A stretch of 64,000 nucleotides of DNA, taken from assembly GCA_040285855.1 (NCBI GenBank), contig JAUFOQ010000006.1, forward strand, positions 1,860,001 through 1,924,000, written 5' to 3'. The notes under the pieces were generated by a model. That model did no database searches. It was not told where the DNA came from and saw only the letters and a program-made list of their open reading frames with translations. The position numbers and the translations under genes were made by a program. This DNA comes from Eukaryota sp. GEM-RC1. Lineage: Eukaryota. This document shows positions 12,764 through 24,891 of the stretch, one piece after another. Position 1 is the first letter of the stretch. Each line of letters opens with the position of its first letter.

Positions 12764-13162
12764 ATGCGAATCCTTGACAAAACTGAAGAAATTGATGCTG
12801 ACGTTACCTGGGAAGATCAGCAAAACATCTGTGAGTACAGTCGTCTCAATCATCATCGTGTAGATCTCAAGGATGAAGTTGCTTCTCTTACGAAGGAACT
12901 AGAAACTTTGAAGTCAGCTGAAGACGAGATCGAACTTCTAATACTGGAGGATGATCAACAGCTGATGCTCCAGTTCGGTACTTCCTTTGTAAATACTGAT
13001 GAAGAAGGAGCGACAGAGCATATCCAACACCTTCAACGTAAACTACAGTCTAAGCTAGACGCAAAACAAGCTGCTTATGATAGTGTTGTGGATCAAATGA
13101 AACTTATTCGTGAAAGTCTTTATTCAAAGTTTAGGACAACTATTAACCTGGAAATTGAGTAG
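12764..13162 (+). CDS. PFDN4: Prefoldin subunit 4
   Basis: VTWEDQQNICEYSRLN...LYSKFRTTINLE. Confidence 0.92.
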   Translation: MRILDKTEEIDADVTWEDQQNICEYSRLNHHRVDLKDEVASLTKELETLKSAEDEIELLILEDDQQLMLQFGTSFVNTDEEGATEHIQHLQRKLQSKLDAKQAAYDSVVDQMKLIRESLYSKFRTTINLEIE

Positions 13163-14674
13163 TGTAGGATATATAAAATCTATAGGTTGTAAAATGCAAT
13201 TGAACTGAAATCGACAGTACTTGGTATAAGAAGATTGGTATCCAATCTCTTACGGAATTACGGAACTTGTACAAATGCCATATTTGAGTTTTAAGAGTCG
13301 GATAATTAGTAAACAATCACTTACTGTACTAGGAAGTTGTTGGCTGGGTTATTGCATCAGTCTTCAAAGGTATGTAATTAAAAAACCTTCTCGAAAGAGT
13401 CTGTATTTCTTCTTCTGGTATGTTTATTACAGGTCATCACATTATGTCGACTTCTCAGATGGCTTATTAGTAATTCTGACAGTCTGTGTAGAGAGTTTAT
13501 ATCGTATTATGTCAACTAAGTTATATTCTCAAATCAATTTGTCATAATTACTTCAATCATTCTTCTTGATATATTGGCGGATGCCAACCGCAAAATAAGT
13601 CTTGTCGTAGTTGGAGTTTCTTTGAGAAAAAGAACTACTCTGCAAACATACTCTAGAAAGAGTAGCAGCCGCCCTTTATTACTTGCTGCAGTGAAAATTA
13701 GGCTATTAAGCATGAAGGTGTTTAATCATTAGGAAATACTCTCAAAGTCAACAAAGCAGTCAAAATTATGAATAAGAACTTACTAGTAATTTAAAGTATT
13801 GGTGATTAGTGTCGTTTCCTGAATGGAAAGTGAATGCAACATTTATAGGGAGCTGTAAGTCAAATACGTGTACAGTATATATTTCTTAATTGATTTTAGA
13901 TATAAAAGGTGTTTTCAAATTTTTGTCTTAATATTCTAATTGTGATGCAAATGTAGTATATCCAAATGTATAGATTTGAACAAAAAATCTGGATAAAACA
14001 TGTCTGATCTTATGAACAACACTGAATAAAAGTGCAGGGATACGACAAATCTTCAGTAAGACCAGCTTCATGAATCCGCCAACACTACATAAACACTATC
14101 TCACCTTTGAGATCAACTTTCTGCCCGCTTCTGACAATCGTGAATCTAACGGACGGAGAATCTTTAAAGCTGAACTACTAAGCGTACATACTGGATGGAG
14201 AAAAGTGTTACTACGTATAGTGACGTGTCTTTAGTGTTATCAGACGTGTATCTAAAAAATAAACATTCTTGTCTCTCCTTGTTCCAAGTGCCTTCTGGAA
14301 ACAAAAGGTATACCAATCTTCACTCAATCACGATCACGTGTTTAAGGATATGCCAAGAGAACATACTTTCTCGAGGCGTTCCGTTGTTCTACCTTTTTCC
14401 ATGGTTTGTTTACTAACTTTTCACCAACCAAACAGGACCACGTGTTGAAGGTATGCTGAAAGAACATACTTTCTTGGAGCGTACCATGTTCTTCCATGGT
14501 TCTTTGACCTTTTTCAATTCTTTTGTTTTACACAATCAATAGTTGTATAGTCGTTAGTCGGATTAATCTCCATCATCACAATTTGTTAATGATTTGACTG
14601 TCGATAGAGACATTGAATCTACTCCAGGACCCAAGGAATTGAGAGAAGACAAAGTTTTGTATTTGGTACAGATT

Positions 14675-14900
14675 GGTACCACCAAATGTTAAATCACACA
14701 TCTTGTAAAACCCATCTTGAATCACACATCTTGTGTTACACCTGCACTTGTGGGCCACTTTACCCACAGGAGAGCCGTCGGGCTTAGTGCGGGTGGATTC
14801 ATCCTTTAAAGTAGAAGAATGCAAACCCATTGGTCTCATAGAAAAACGGAATTTTTTATATTCCCCTTCCGAAAAATGAATACTGCAGTTTGTCCGCTGT
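14675..14900 (+). repeat. Diverged copy of the putative element left-end repeat (13-nt CACATCTTGT array + AAAATGAAwACTGCA box)
   Basis: Same array and downstream boxes as 27560-28178. Confidence 0.45.
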
Positions 14901-15820
14901 CGAAAAGAATTACTTACACTGCACTTATTTCAAATATTTAAATACAACTAGTTTTTACTGGACCCTAGTTATGGAAAATCTGAAGTGAAGAGGGCAAAGC
15001 AATAAAACATTAATGGAATTACTCCAAAAATAGAAGATATTGCTACTTAAATTCAATCCGTAATGAATATTTAAAAATATTGCAAGAACCAAAAAGAAGA
15101 TTTTTGAAAAAATGATGACGTTAAAGAAAAGAAGGCTGTCACGAACGAATAGAAAGTCAATGGTGTTTCCTAATCAAATATTACTGATTGGTTGTGGAGA
15201 TCAGACTTTCGGCTCACCTTCCAAATCTAGCAGATGAGAACGATCACAGTCAAGTCAAATGATCACAGGAACAAGGATAGCTTGGGGCCAAGTTATACTT
15301 GTCACCACTCCAAACCAATAGACACATGATGACGTGATCGGATCACCAGAAAAGAGAGAGAAAGAGAGTGCTGAGGGAGGATTGATTTGAAGAATGATCG
15401 GCAAAGATAAAGGAAAAGCGGTTGTACTGCAACGGAGAGTTGAAAGTGGAGAACAAAATTGCAGCAGAAACGTCATCAGTTTAGCGCTGCTAAACTCGAC
15501 TTGAGTTCACAAGCCAAGTCTGTTCCTAAATCACTCTAATTGAGTTCTCCTTTGTGTGTTGGTTTCAGTGTGCATGATACTGTGGTGGTTGATGATCGTA
15601 AGATATGCCGTTAGCTAAGATTTCCAAGATTGTGCCCATAAACAATCAATATTTGGAACATTAATTATGGACTTTTCGGATAATTATTGTGGTAGATAAA
15701 CGAAGACAACAGAAACAGCAAATATATATATATGTGGAAAGCCAATCACTGAGTTGATCTACTACAGACTACTTATATTTAAAACATTAAACGAAAATAA
15801 ATACTTAATACGAAACAACG

Positions 15821-16429
15821 TTACTTTGTCTTAGCCTTCTTTGAAACATTTGTCCTGAAGGAATCTATAACATGACACAGGGCTAGCAGTGGATGTTTTA
15901 AAAGAATTCTAGGACCAGAGTATTTCATTACATCCCTGATACGTTCTCTCATTACAGAACGGGATCTATAACATTGAACTCTACATTGCCCACAGTTGGG
16001 CTTATTGTTACCAAACCGACACTTGTCCAACCTTAGAAATGCAAAATCCAATAAGTCTGAACAGTCTGTACAGAGAGTAGCATTAAGGAGAGACTGATGG
16101 TGTCCAAGACAGTAAATTTGGATCATTTTGGTTATAGTGAGCTTTTCCCTTAGCAGACGGTTTGACTTCCGAAACAAGGAAGGAAACGAAGTAAAATGAG
16201 CTTCTAGTGGTATCTGAACAGGATCTGTGATACCCTGATGCTCTTCAATGTCATTGTTTCGAGAAGTTTTCAAGGAAGAGGGACCTAAGGTGGTCTTGTG
16301 AGTCTTGAGGGTGTTGTATAGCACTACAACCACAACGCAGATCACAATTGGTATCAAACAGATAGCAATTAGCATCAAAGCGAAAAATGGAAGTTGCAGT
16401 TTGAGTGAATTTTGTAGATTGCTTCTCAT
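15821..16429 (-). CDS. YgbA-like (nitrous oxide-stimulated promoter family) Cys-rich protein with N-terminal TM segment
   Basis: REKLTITKMIQIYC..HH..LCTDC..L..RLDKC..KPNCGQC..CY..MRERIRDVMKYSGPRILLKHP. Confidence 0.85.
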   Translation of the reverse strand: MRSNLQNSLKLQLPFFALMLIAICLIPIVICVVVVVLYNTLKTHKTTLGPSSLKTSRNNDIEEHQGITDPVQIPLEAHFTSFPSLFRKSNRLLREKLTITKMIQIYCLGHHQSLLNATLCTDCSDLLDFAFLRLDKCRFGNNKPNCGQCRVQCYRSRSVMRERIRDVMKYSGPRILLKHPLLALCHVIDSFRTNVSKKAKTK

Positions 16430-16500
16430 TGGTTTCCTAGCCTTTTCGGTGTAGTGTTAATTATTTGGTATAATTTTATTCTGGGTCATCAAACTATCTA

Positions 16501-16867
16501 CTCTAATTTACCTAATACTAGACCCAAAAAACCCATACTAGCCTACCTCTTCGTGGCTAGTAATAGGTAAGGGCTAGTAACGGAGGGGCTTGTATTATGT
16601 AAGGGCTAGTAATTAACTTGAGGTCAACAATCAACAATAAACAAGAGAACTTTATACTATACTTGTAGCTTCATTACTTTATAGCCTTAAATTAACAGCA
16701 TACTCATATTTTATTCTACACTACGTGTAGTGGTCTGGTACTGACATTAGCAAAAAACTATCAGATCAAGGTGGGCTAGTATTAGGTATCTTACTAGCCT
16801 ACACCTTCGTGGCTAGTATTAGGGAAGGGCTAGTAATAGGGCAGGGCCAGTATTAGGTTAATTAGAG
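16501..16867. mobile_element. Tc1/mariner-type MITE
   Basis: TIRs CTCTAATTTACCTAATACT / AGTATTAGGTTAATTAGAG, flanked by TA; internal GGCTAGTA repeats. Confidence 0.75.
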
Positions 16868-17085
16868 TATCTTTAAAATAGTTTCGGTATTTTTCAAGTG
16901 TATCAGTTTTCTACAGAGAATCAGACAACCACTGGTTAGTACTTCCGATTGACATGAAAGAGGGAAATTACGATACAGCAGCTGTTGTTTGTTCGCAGAA
17001 ACTGCTTTCACTAGAATATCAGTGTTTAAATCTTTCCTTTTTTTGCTTCTTTTATTGTCTTCACAATTTACTCTTAAGCGTCTTA

Positions 17086-18285
17086 ATGCGCGTAGAGAAA
17101 CGCCTCTCATCATCCACTTTTCATCCAAGAGCTCACAAACGATCCAATGTCAATAAAATCGATTTGTTTTCCTTTCACTACGATCAAGAGGTTGTATCAT
17201 CTCCTTTGGTCTTAACTCCTGCACTAACCCACTCCATTTCTTCAATCCAACGACTTGTACTTCGGCAGAAGCACGATGTCGCTTCCGTAGAATCTGTAAT
17301 TAAATCACTACAACGGTCCCTCTCAAAGTACAATTCCCAGATCAAACTCACTACCTATGGATCTTATGCTTCTAATCTATGGACCTGTGTATCAGATATT
17401 GATCTCTCAATCTCTTTGTCATCCAACTCTCAAAAACCAGTCAACCGTGGTCTATTCTTCCTAGAACGTCTCTCCTACTTCCTACGCCCTCTCTTCCATG
17501 ACGTTACTCTCATCCCCAGTAGAGTCTGTCCAATAATCAAACTGTCAGACCCCGCCTCTCACATCAACATTGATCTCTCTGTGGACTCTACTTCGGGAAT
17601 CACTGCTGCTCAATTCATTAAGACTTTCCTCTCAATATCATCTGATGCCATCATCTTCATCAAATTGATTAAGTACTGGGGGAAGGTGCGCCAATTGATT
17701 GATTCTGTTAATGGAGGTTTTACTTCTTTTGCTATGGTTCTAATCTGCATCAAATACCTACAATCTCTTATTCCTGCAGTGTTGCCATCACTTGATGAAG
17801 TGTTTTCTGGAAGAAATATAGCAAAGGAGATCAAATCACCAAGGTTTCAAGCTCAATGTAAGCAGCTGAGGAAGGAAAACAGAAGTCACTATTCAATTAG
17901 TGAGCTAGTTGGTCAGTTTTTCCTGTATTTGAAACATTTTAATTTTTCAAAGAGAAGTGTGTGTCTTTTTAACAACACGTCATTTTCTCAATCTTTAAAA
18001 ATTTTAAAGTTAAATCAGTCCAAATTCAAACCACTTGTTATTGTTCACGATCCGCTAGATCTCAAGAACAATGCTGCAAGAGCTTTGTCTAAGCAAGGTT
18101 TTTCTTTGTTTAAGTCTGAAGTGGAGCGAAGTGTGGCAATATGTTCCGGAATTAGAGACGAAGATTTGTTCTGTTTGTCGGATAAACCTTTGACAAGCAG
18201 TAGGTTTAGTGACTCAATTGGGTTTTTAGAAGAATTCTCTGATTCAGATAGTGATTGTGACATTCGTTTTAATATAAGGAAATAG
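17086..18285 (+). CDS. Non-canonical poly(A)/terminal uridylyl transferase (Cid1/Trf4 family)
   Basis: YGSYASNLWTCVSDIDL (GS..DxD), CPIIKL..IDLS, GGFTSFA, VHDPLDLKNNAA. Confidence 0.9.
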   Translation: MRVEKRLSSSTFHPRAHKRSNVNKIDLFSFHYDQEVVSSPLVLTPALTHSISSIQRLVLRQKHDVASVESVIKSLQRSLSKYNSQIKLTTYGSYASNLWTCVSDIDLSISLSSNSQKPVNRGLFFLERLSYFLRPLFHDVTLIPSRVCPIIKLSDPASHINIDLSVDSTSGITAAQFIKTFLSISSDAIIFIKLIKYWGKVRQLIDSVNGGFTSFAMVLICIKYLQSLIPAVLPSLDEVFSGRNIAKEIKSPRFQAQCKQLRKENRSHYSISELVGQFFLYLKHFNFSKRSVCLFNNTSFSQSLKILKLNQSKFKPLVIVHDPLDLKNNAARALSKQGFSLFKSEVERSVAICSGIRDEDLFCLSDKPLTSSRFSDSIGFLEEFSDSDSDCDIRFNIRK

Positions 18286-18454
18286 ATTTGTCATTATCTT
18301 AGATTAGTTATTTTAGTTTGTTTTTCTATAATTTGTTGTACTTTGTGCCAAATTACATTGATTGGTGACGTTTCCATTTTTTTAGAGAAGAAATGCAAAC
18401 AATTCAACATACAAATACACACAAAAAATCTTTTTATTTACACAAACTCTAGAA

Positions 18455-19310
18455 TCAGCAACTACCAGTCAATAACACGTGCAGAGCCTTTGATTGGTCC
18501 CCACCAGAGACAGCTAATGCCGTGTCCACCTTATCCACAGGGAAACCCATCTCCAACAGCCTATCCTTCACAGGATTACCTGTAGACTGTGGTTGAACTG
18601 GTTGTTGAACAGGGGTGTGACTGTAACCCCCATGTTCGCTTCTGGCGATTTGTCTAGCTATTCTAGCGTTCTTAAGGTTGTCTTTACGTTGATACATTGA
18701 GTCAATTAGATGTTGTTCAACTGAAAAGTCATGGGAGAAGTTAATGTGGGGGATATCGGTTTGAACTCTGAAGGAAGTTCTACTAGTTCCAGAGCTCTGG
18801 GATCAGTGGGTTGAACTTCGAGAGCTATGTAGTCAAAGGAGTGAGGCTTGGAGATGTTAAGGTTGCCTACATTGCTGGTAACTGAAGTGTGTGCGTTGTG
18901 TTGTTGGAATGAAGGTTGCTGCTGGGCTGCAGGCATGGCTTTAGCTAAGTTTTGGGCTTGGTTGATGAAGGAAAAGATTGTCTTGTCTTGTGAGGGATCA
19001 GGAAAACGTACCCATATTCTCTTTTGTTTAGTGGGATCACGTAGAACTAGATTAGCAGGAGATTGTAGATATGCCAGCTGACAGGGAGCTGAAAGCAGGA
19101 CTTGTTCAGGGGCAGATGGTGGAGCAAACTCGAAGAGGAACTGAGAAGGATACTTGACTATTCGAAGGTTGCATGCACCTGATACACCAGGAAATTGAAC
19201 CCAAGAATCTTAGGTTAACAAGTAAGCGACAAACCTTTGCCTGAAGTAGATTGTTGGTCAAAAACTTGGGGAAATTGTTGAGAAAAGAAGACTATTTGTT
19301 TAGAAGCCAT
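18455..19310 (-). CDS. C-terminal UBA-domain protein (several frameshifts; 5' structure uncertain)
   Basis: LLEMGFPVDKVDTALAVSGGDQSKALHVLL UBA motif; adjacent ORF pieces upstream. Confidence 0.6.
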
Positions 19311-19732
19311 TGGGTTGGAGATTGAGTCAGATGTTCAGAATTTTTGGTTTTTCGGAAAAACTTTTTCCTTATCAATTCATCATTGATCGATCACTAATAT
19401 ATCCATGAATCTTTTTCCCTCAACATTATCTGTATTCTCACGCTAAAAAGTCGTATAAAATGGACAGTACTTCTTTTTTTGTAATCGATATCCATCAAGA
19501 ACATCTCTTCTTGCAAGTACTTGCAGGTTGGGCTTCTATCTCAATCATCTCCGTTGTAAAATAAGAAATCTTTCTCCGGAGTTCTGGTCATCTTGCTTTC
19601 CTGTTGATATCAAAGAAATTCAATGTTGAAACGTTGTGTCTTTAAAGGAACTCCAAAATCGTTTATTTAAATATTTTGAAAGTTTGCATTTTGCAGTAAG
19701 AAGTTTAAAGAATAAAGGAATATTTATTTGAT

Positions 19733-21012
19733 CTATTCCTTCAAAGACAAATGAATCACTCCAGGTAATTCCTTGCCCTCCAAAAGTTCTAAAGAGGCAC
19801 CACCTCCAGTACTAACATGAGAGACCTTATCAGCGAAGCCAAACATCTGACAAGCAGATCCTGAATCACCTCCACCAATAACGGAGAAAGCACCTTGTTC
19901 AGTGGCTTCAACAACAGCTGTCATCAGAGCACGAGTTCCTTCAGCAAAAGTGGGGAACTCAAAAACACCAGCTGGACCATTGAAAACAATAGACTTGCAC
20001 TTCAAGATTTCTTCCTTGAACATTTGTCTTGAATCAGGACCAATATCTAAACCTTCCCATCCATCGGGGATTCCCTCAGCTGTGGAACCAATCTTGGTGT
20101 TAGCATCGTTGGAGAAGTCGTCAGCAGCGACAAAATCAGTAGGAAGGATGATTTCAACACCAAGAGCTTTGGCTTTTTCCATAATTTCTGGGACAATCTT
20201 GGCTCCTTCAGCATCATAAAGACTTTTTCCAATGGCCATGTTGTTCAGAACTTTCTGGAAGGTCCAGTTCATTCCACCAATAATAAACATCTTGTCTACC
20301 TTGTCTAAAAGATTCATAATCAACTGAATTTTGTCAGCGACTTTAGCACCACCCATAATGGCAAGCATGGGTCGTTCAGGATTGACAAGTAGCTTGCTGA
20401 AACATTCGAGTTCCTTTTTAAGAAGGAAACCAGCAACACGTGTTTGGAAGGGGAGAACCATAGAACTGTGTGCTCTATGTGCGGTTCCAAAAGCGTCGTT
20501 GACGTATACATCAGCTAAAGAGGTTAAAGACTCACGGAAGCGGGTAACAGCTTCAGGATCGGCCTTTTCCTTCTTTCCATCAACCTTACGTGATCCTTCT
20601 TCCTCAATGTGGAATCGGAGGTTTTCTAAGAGGAAAACGGTTCCAGGGGCGGGATCTCTGCATTGAGCTTCAACTTCGGATCCAACGCAGTCTTCAAGGA
20701 AAACAACGGGATGAGAGAGAAGCTTTTCGAATTCGGCAGCTATAGGACGTAAAGAGTATTTTTCGACACATTCACCGTTAGGTCTTCCTAACTGATATGA
20801 GAACAGTTTAAAGACATACATGAGAAGCACAGACGATGGATTTGGCCCCATGATCCAAAAAGATAACGGATTGTGGGAAGAGCAGCTGCTATTCTAGAGT
20901 TGCTGGTAATTTCTCCAGTCTTCTTGTTCTGAGGAACATTGAAGTCGACTCGAAGGAAGACACGTTGGTCTTTGATCTCAATATCTTCGATTGAAAGTCT
21001 TGGTTTGTCCAT
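19733..21012 (-). CDS. PGK: Phosphoglycerate kinase; 28-nt intron 20792-20819, homopolymer frameshift near 20858
   Basis: [11 protein letters not shown], spliced [48 protein letters not shown]. Confidence 0.98.
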
Positions 21013-21494
21013 TTGAAGAAGCAAATTGATTGGAAATTTCTTTTTGTTTCTTATGCAAGACATTTCCAAGAGTTGTTTGAAAATCAGCCCAGCCTTACGA
21101 TTTATACCATTTCTGTACCTCGGGGAGACTAAAAATGTAAATCATCAGCTGTGATATCCGATTTCGATTCAAAATCGTATTGTAACATCATAATAATTAA
21201 ATTGAATTAAACAGATTTAGAAAATAACAGATTAAATCATGAGTAATGGTTTATCGAAAACAAATTCTTACCAAATGAATAACCACTACTCAAACAACAT
21301 CTTCAACTACAGCAAACTCTAACACACTAAAGAAACAATCAGAGTGAAGTCACTATGACTTTGCATAAGAAACATTCATTAACAATAAACAATTCAGCTA
21401 GAAAAAGAACTTCACAAAAGCCTTCCGAAAGTAAATCAACGAGCAGTGTTTACAAACACCGTAAAATCTGAAAAAACAGAACTTTTTTAAAAAA

Positions 21495-22118
21495 TTACAG
21501 ATAACCCCCAACTAAGGATTTGTTCAGCTTCATCTCCATCTTCTTAACATCTCTCCTACTTCTTTCAATTAGCTTCTCAGTCCTCCTCTTCAATCTCTCA
21601 CTCTTAGTCAATTCACTTTCCTCCTTCTTACCCCACTGGGATGGATGCATATACCACTTGGATCCATAGACAGGGCCCTGGGGTCGCTTCCAGCTGTTCG
21701 TTGGTAGCTGTTCTTTCATAGAATGACGCGAGATGATAGTTGGATCGGAGCAGATTTGTTGAACGACGGATCGGGGGAGTAACGCATCGGAAATGACTTG
21801 AGACACAGGAATAGGTAGAGCAGGGCAGATATCAATGGTAGGAGAGGCGGGTTTGGGAAGGTAGAGAGACGAGGAGGATTGAGATTTGGTGAGGAAGGTT
21901 GGGGCAGGAGTTGCTGGAGATACTGGTGGTGAAAAGCAGTAAGTGGAAAAAGAGGATTGTGATCTGGGAATAACTAAAGGAGTTGGGCCAGTGGGTGGTG
22001 ATGAATGAACATCAAGTGATGAAGGAGTACGTTTCGGATATGTTTCGTCACAAACTAACCATCGGCGATAAAGAGGAGTTGAGAGGGATTTAGAAGAATG
22101 AAGGCGAGACCCAGACAT
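21495..22118 (-). CDS. Hypothetical Ser/Pro-rich protein
   Basis: 207-aa ORF; its ATG lies about 32 bp from the Fanzor element end. Confidence 0.65.
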   Translation of the reverse strand: MSGSRLHSSKSLSTPLYRRWLVCDETYPKRTPSSLDVHSSPPTGPTPLVIPRSQSSFSTYCFSPPVSPATPAPTFLTKSQSSSSLYLPKPASPTIDICPALPIPVSQVISDALLPRSVVQQICSDPTIISRHSMKEQLPTNSWKRPQGPVYGSKWYMHPSQWGKKEESELTKSERLKRRTEKLIERSRRDVKKMEMKLNKSLVGGYL

Positions 22119-22129
22119 CAACTAAGAGC

Positions 22130-22270
22130 TTGCACTACTGTGGTTCTCAACTCAAATGGATATTCCCAAAGTACACAACTTTGTTAATTTTCATTTTGAT
22201 TAGAGTATCGAAACCACAGACACTCAGTGAGCTAAACCCACTTCGCTGTGTACTGTTAAAAGTACACTAA
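22130..22270 (-). ncRNA. Candidate Fanzor omegaRNA, copy 1 (scaffold ends at 22151; putative guide starts TTGAGAACCACAGTAGT)
   Basis: Lies directly after the Fanzor stop. Four hairpins. Identity with 32330-32449 ends abruptly at ...GGGAATATCCATTTGAG. Confidence 0.75.
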
Positions 22271-24839
22271 AGTTCTTTACGAGAGACCTTCTTCTGCTTG
22301 ACTGACTTTACGCTTCTTCTTTTAGGCGAACTCATTTCTTTTGGTGGATTCTTGCATGACGTTTTGTTATGACCTTCTTGGCCACAATTTCCACATGTTG
22401 GTTTCTTACGAGTCTTTCCTGTTGAAGTTTTCAACTTTCTGGTCGCAGTCTTCTTCTTCTTCTGGTCTCTCGCCAAAGTATCCTTACCACTCTCGAGATC
22501 TGTTGTTTGAGTTTTAGATCTCTCGAGAGCGGATGGCCTACCTTGACCATTGATCGTTGCTTCAATGATGGAATAGATATTAATGGCAGAATTTAGGTCT
22601 CTATTCCAATAAGTCCCACACTCAGTATCTGAGCACTTTACCAGTCCCCAGGGTGTGGATTTAGCTTCTTCTTCCAATGACTTCTGCTTCACCTCCCACT
22701 CTGCTTCCAAAATCCCGTTGGTTTAGAGGATCTTGTTTGTTTTTGAGCAAAATTTCTCTTCTTAACTTTCTCTTCTTCCTTCTTAGCTGTCTCTTACCTT
22801 TGGGACCAAGAACCTTTAGTTCTGAAACATTTTCACATTCTACGAAAGTTGATTTTTCCTTAGCACATTTGGAACAACACTTGCTTGTTCTGTATTCATC
22901 AACAAGAAATATTTGGTATCCATATCTTCTTAACATTTTACGGATTTCCACTCCTCTAACAGTAGAGGTTTTACCCTTTCTTGTTTTACCTTTTGAGCTC
23001 CAATCCCCATAGCCAATGACAACGTCTTCTGGAGGTCCATATGTTAAATTGAAGCGTTCCAGCATGTTTTTCTCTGATTGTTGGTTATTTGAATAAATCT
23101 GGAATTTCCTTTTTCTAAACCAGTCATCTTCGTAAAAAGAACTCAAATATACGTTATATCGTTCAGCTTCTTTAATATATGTTTCAAATGTGTCGCTGAA
23201 ACACGACTTTCTTTCCCCGTTTGATACAGCATTGGAGAATTGGTTAACGACATCTCTTCCTGTTACAAGAATATTATCAGGACGAAGAACCAAAAAATCT
23301 TTAAGTTGTCTTTCAGTGACAGTTTCGTCTGGTGATTCGATAGAAAATTCTTTCAGTTTTCTATTTTCAGATTTACGATATTTTTTAGATTTCCTATCAT
23401 AAGCTCTTTCTCCCGCTGTGTAATTAAACTTCTTCCATTTGTGCTTAGCCTTTTTCTTTGATTTTTTTATCATTATTGGAATTTTTCCAATCTTGTAATT
23501 GTTTCTTTCTTTTCTTAATTCCTCCTCTTTTCTTACTTCTGATTTTTGAGGGTAATCGTTTTTTGAGTGGATTATTTTCAGAAATATCTTCTTCTTTAAG
23601 CTCATCGACTGTCTTTTCTGAAACACAATACATTAAATCATATTCATTGGGATCGACACCGACAATTCTTTTTTTCTTTCAATTGTAATTCGTGAATATT
23701 CTCATTTGATAAAGAGTGAATGTATCTTTCCGAAGTTCCGAGAGATTTAGCAGTAAAATCTTTGAAAGTATTTCCATCTTCATCAACCAAATCTTTCCTC
23801 ATTAAAACCAAACAACAAGAAATTCCATCTGTCAGAATTGAAGAATATCTGAAGACAAATGATTTTGTTGGTGCCACAGCTTTGTCAGTAAGGACCTGAT
23901 CAAAGACCTTTTTTCTTATTTCATCTGCATTTTTGCCACGTATATGAACAAATCTATCATTCATCCAACCTGTGTCCAAACGAATATGCTGAGGAATCAA
24001 TGTCTTCGTCATTGGAAAAGGGTTGTTTACACTGATTGGTTTTCCATCAACCAAACACAAAGATTGTATTGTTCGGTTGATGTACAGAGCATGAGAAATT
24101 AACTCTGTCGGCTTTGCTTTCTGTAAATAGTAAATGTTCTTTTTTGAAAACATTGGAAACAAAGAAAATTTTAAATACGCAAAAAACCTCAACGTTAGTT
24201 CTTCACGTTGATTAGGGAAAATCTCGTGATCTTCAATTGGAATGTCATCAAAATTTCCATTGATAATCGAATCTCTGACTGAATTCAATTTCGAAATCAA
24301 TTTTTTCTTACTAACTTGATCATTGATTTGTTCAAGTCTGACCGTCTTTCTTGTTACCAGATTAAAGAATCTGAAAACATAATCATGAAAATTTTTGACC
24401 ATATTGTTGGCATAATTTGTAGAAATTTGTTTGGCAGTGTAATGAAATATGGAAGACATTGACGTTGAGTCAGGAAAAGATATTTGATTGGATCCAATTT
24501 CAGTAGATAACTGCTGTAGCAGTGGAGAAAAGTTGTTCAAGTAGGGAAATGCAATTTTTTCTTTTCGTTCATTTCTAGGCTTGAAGATTTTTGGAAATCG
24601 TCAATCACTTTTTGAGCCTCTGCTCTTGACATTTCTAGTTCTGACTCTGTAATTGAAGAACCAGTTGATTTCTTCACATACATCCGTCTCAATACTTGTC
24701 TAATAGAATCGTGTTTAAGCAGTTTTTTCAAATCTGGTAAGACTACGGAAAACTTAGTGTAGAGGGGTAAATCAGAAGGTTCTAACGGATCAGAAACAGA
24801 TGCATCATCAGAATCAGGCATTGTATCATGGCTCTTCAT
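22267..24839 (-). CDS. Fanzor1 (eukaryotic TnpB-like RuvC RNA-guided endonuclease), about 855 aa from ATG 24839, four homopolymer frameshifts, C-terminal CCHC knuckle
   Basis: FPMTKTLIPQHIRLDT; ILTDGISCCLV; RuvC-I RIVGVDPNEYDLMYC (D at 23652-23654, across a frameshift); VVIGYGDWS; RuvC-II LVDEYRTSKCCSKC; WGLVKC..C..WNRDLNSAINI RuvC-III; GRPSALER. Confidence 0.92.
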
Positions 24840-24891
24840 TAATTTACGTTCATTTAATGCCAACAAATCAGAAAGTTCAGATGGATACGAA

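Noticed and set aside
22267..24866. Fanzor as a frameshift-riddled pseudogene, or as a programmed-frameshift gene
   Set aside because: The breaks fall in homopolymer runs, in both directions, and essential genes (RPN11, PGK, RPL31) show the same defect. Sequencing error is the simplest explanation until the assembly is polished.
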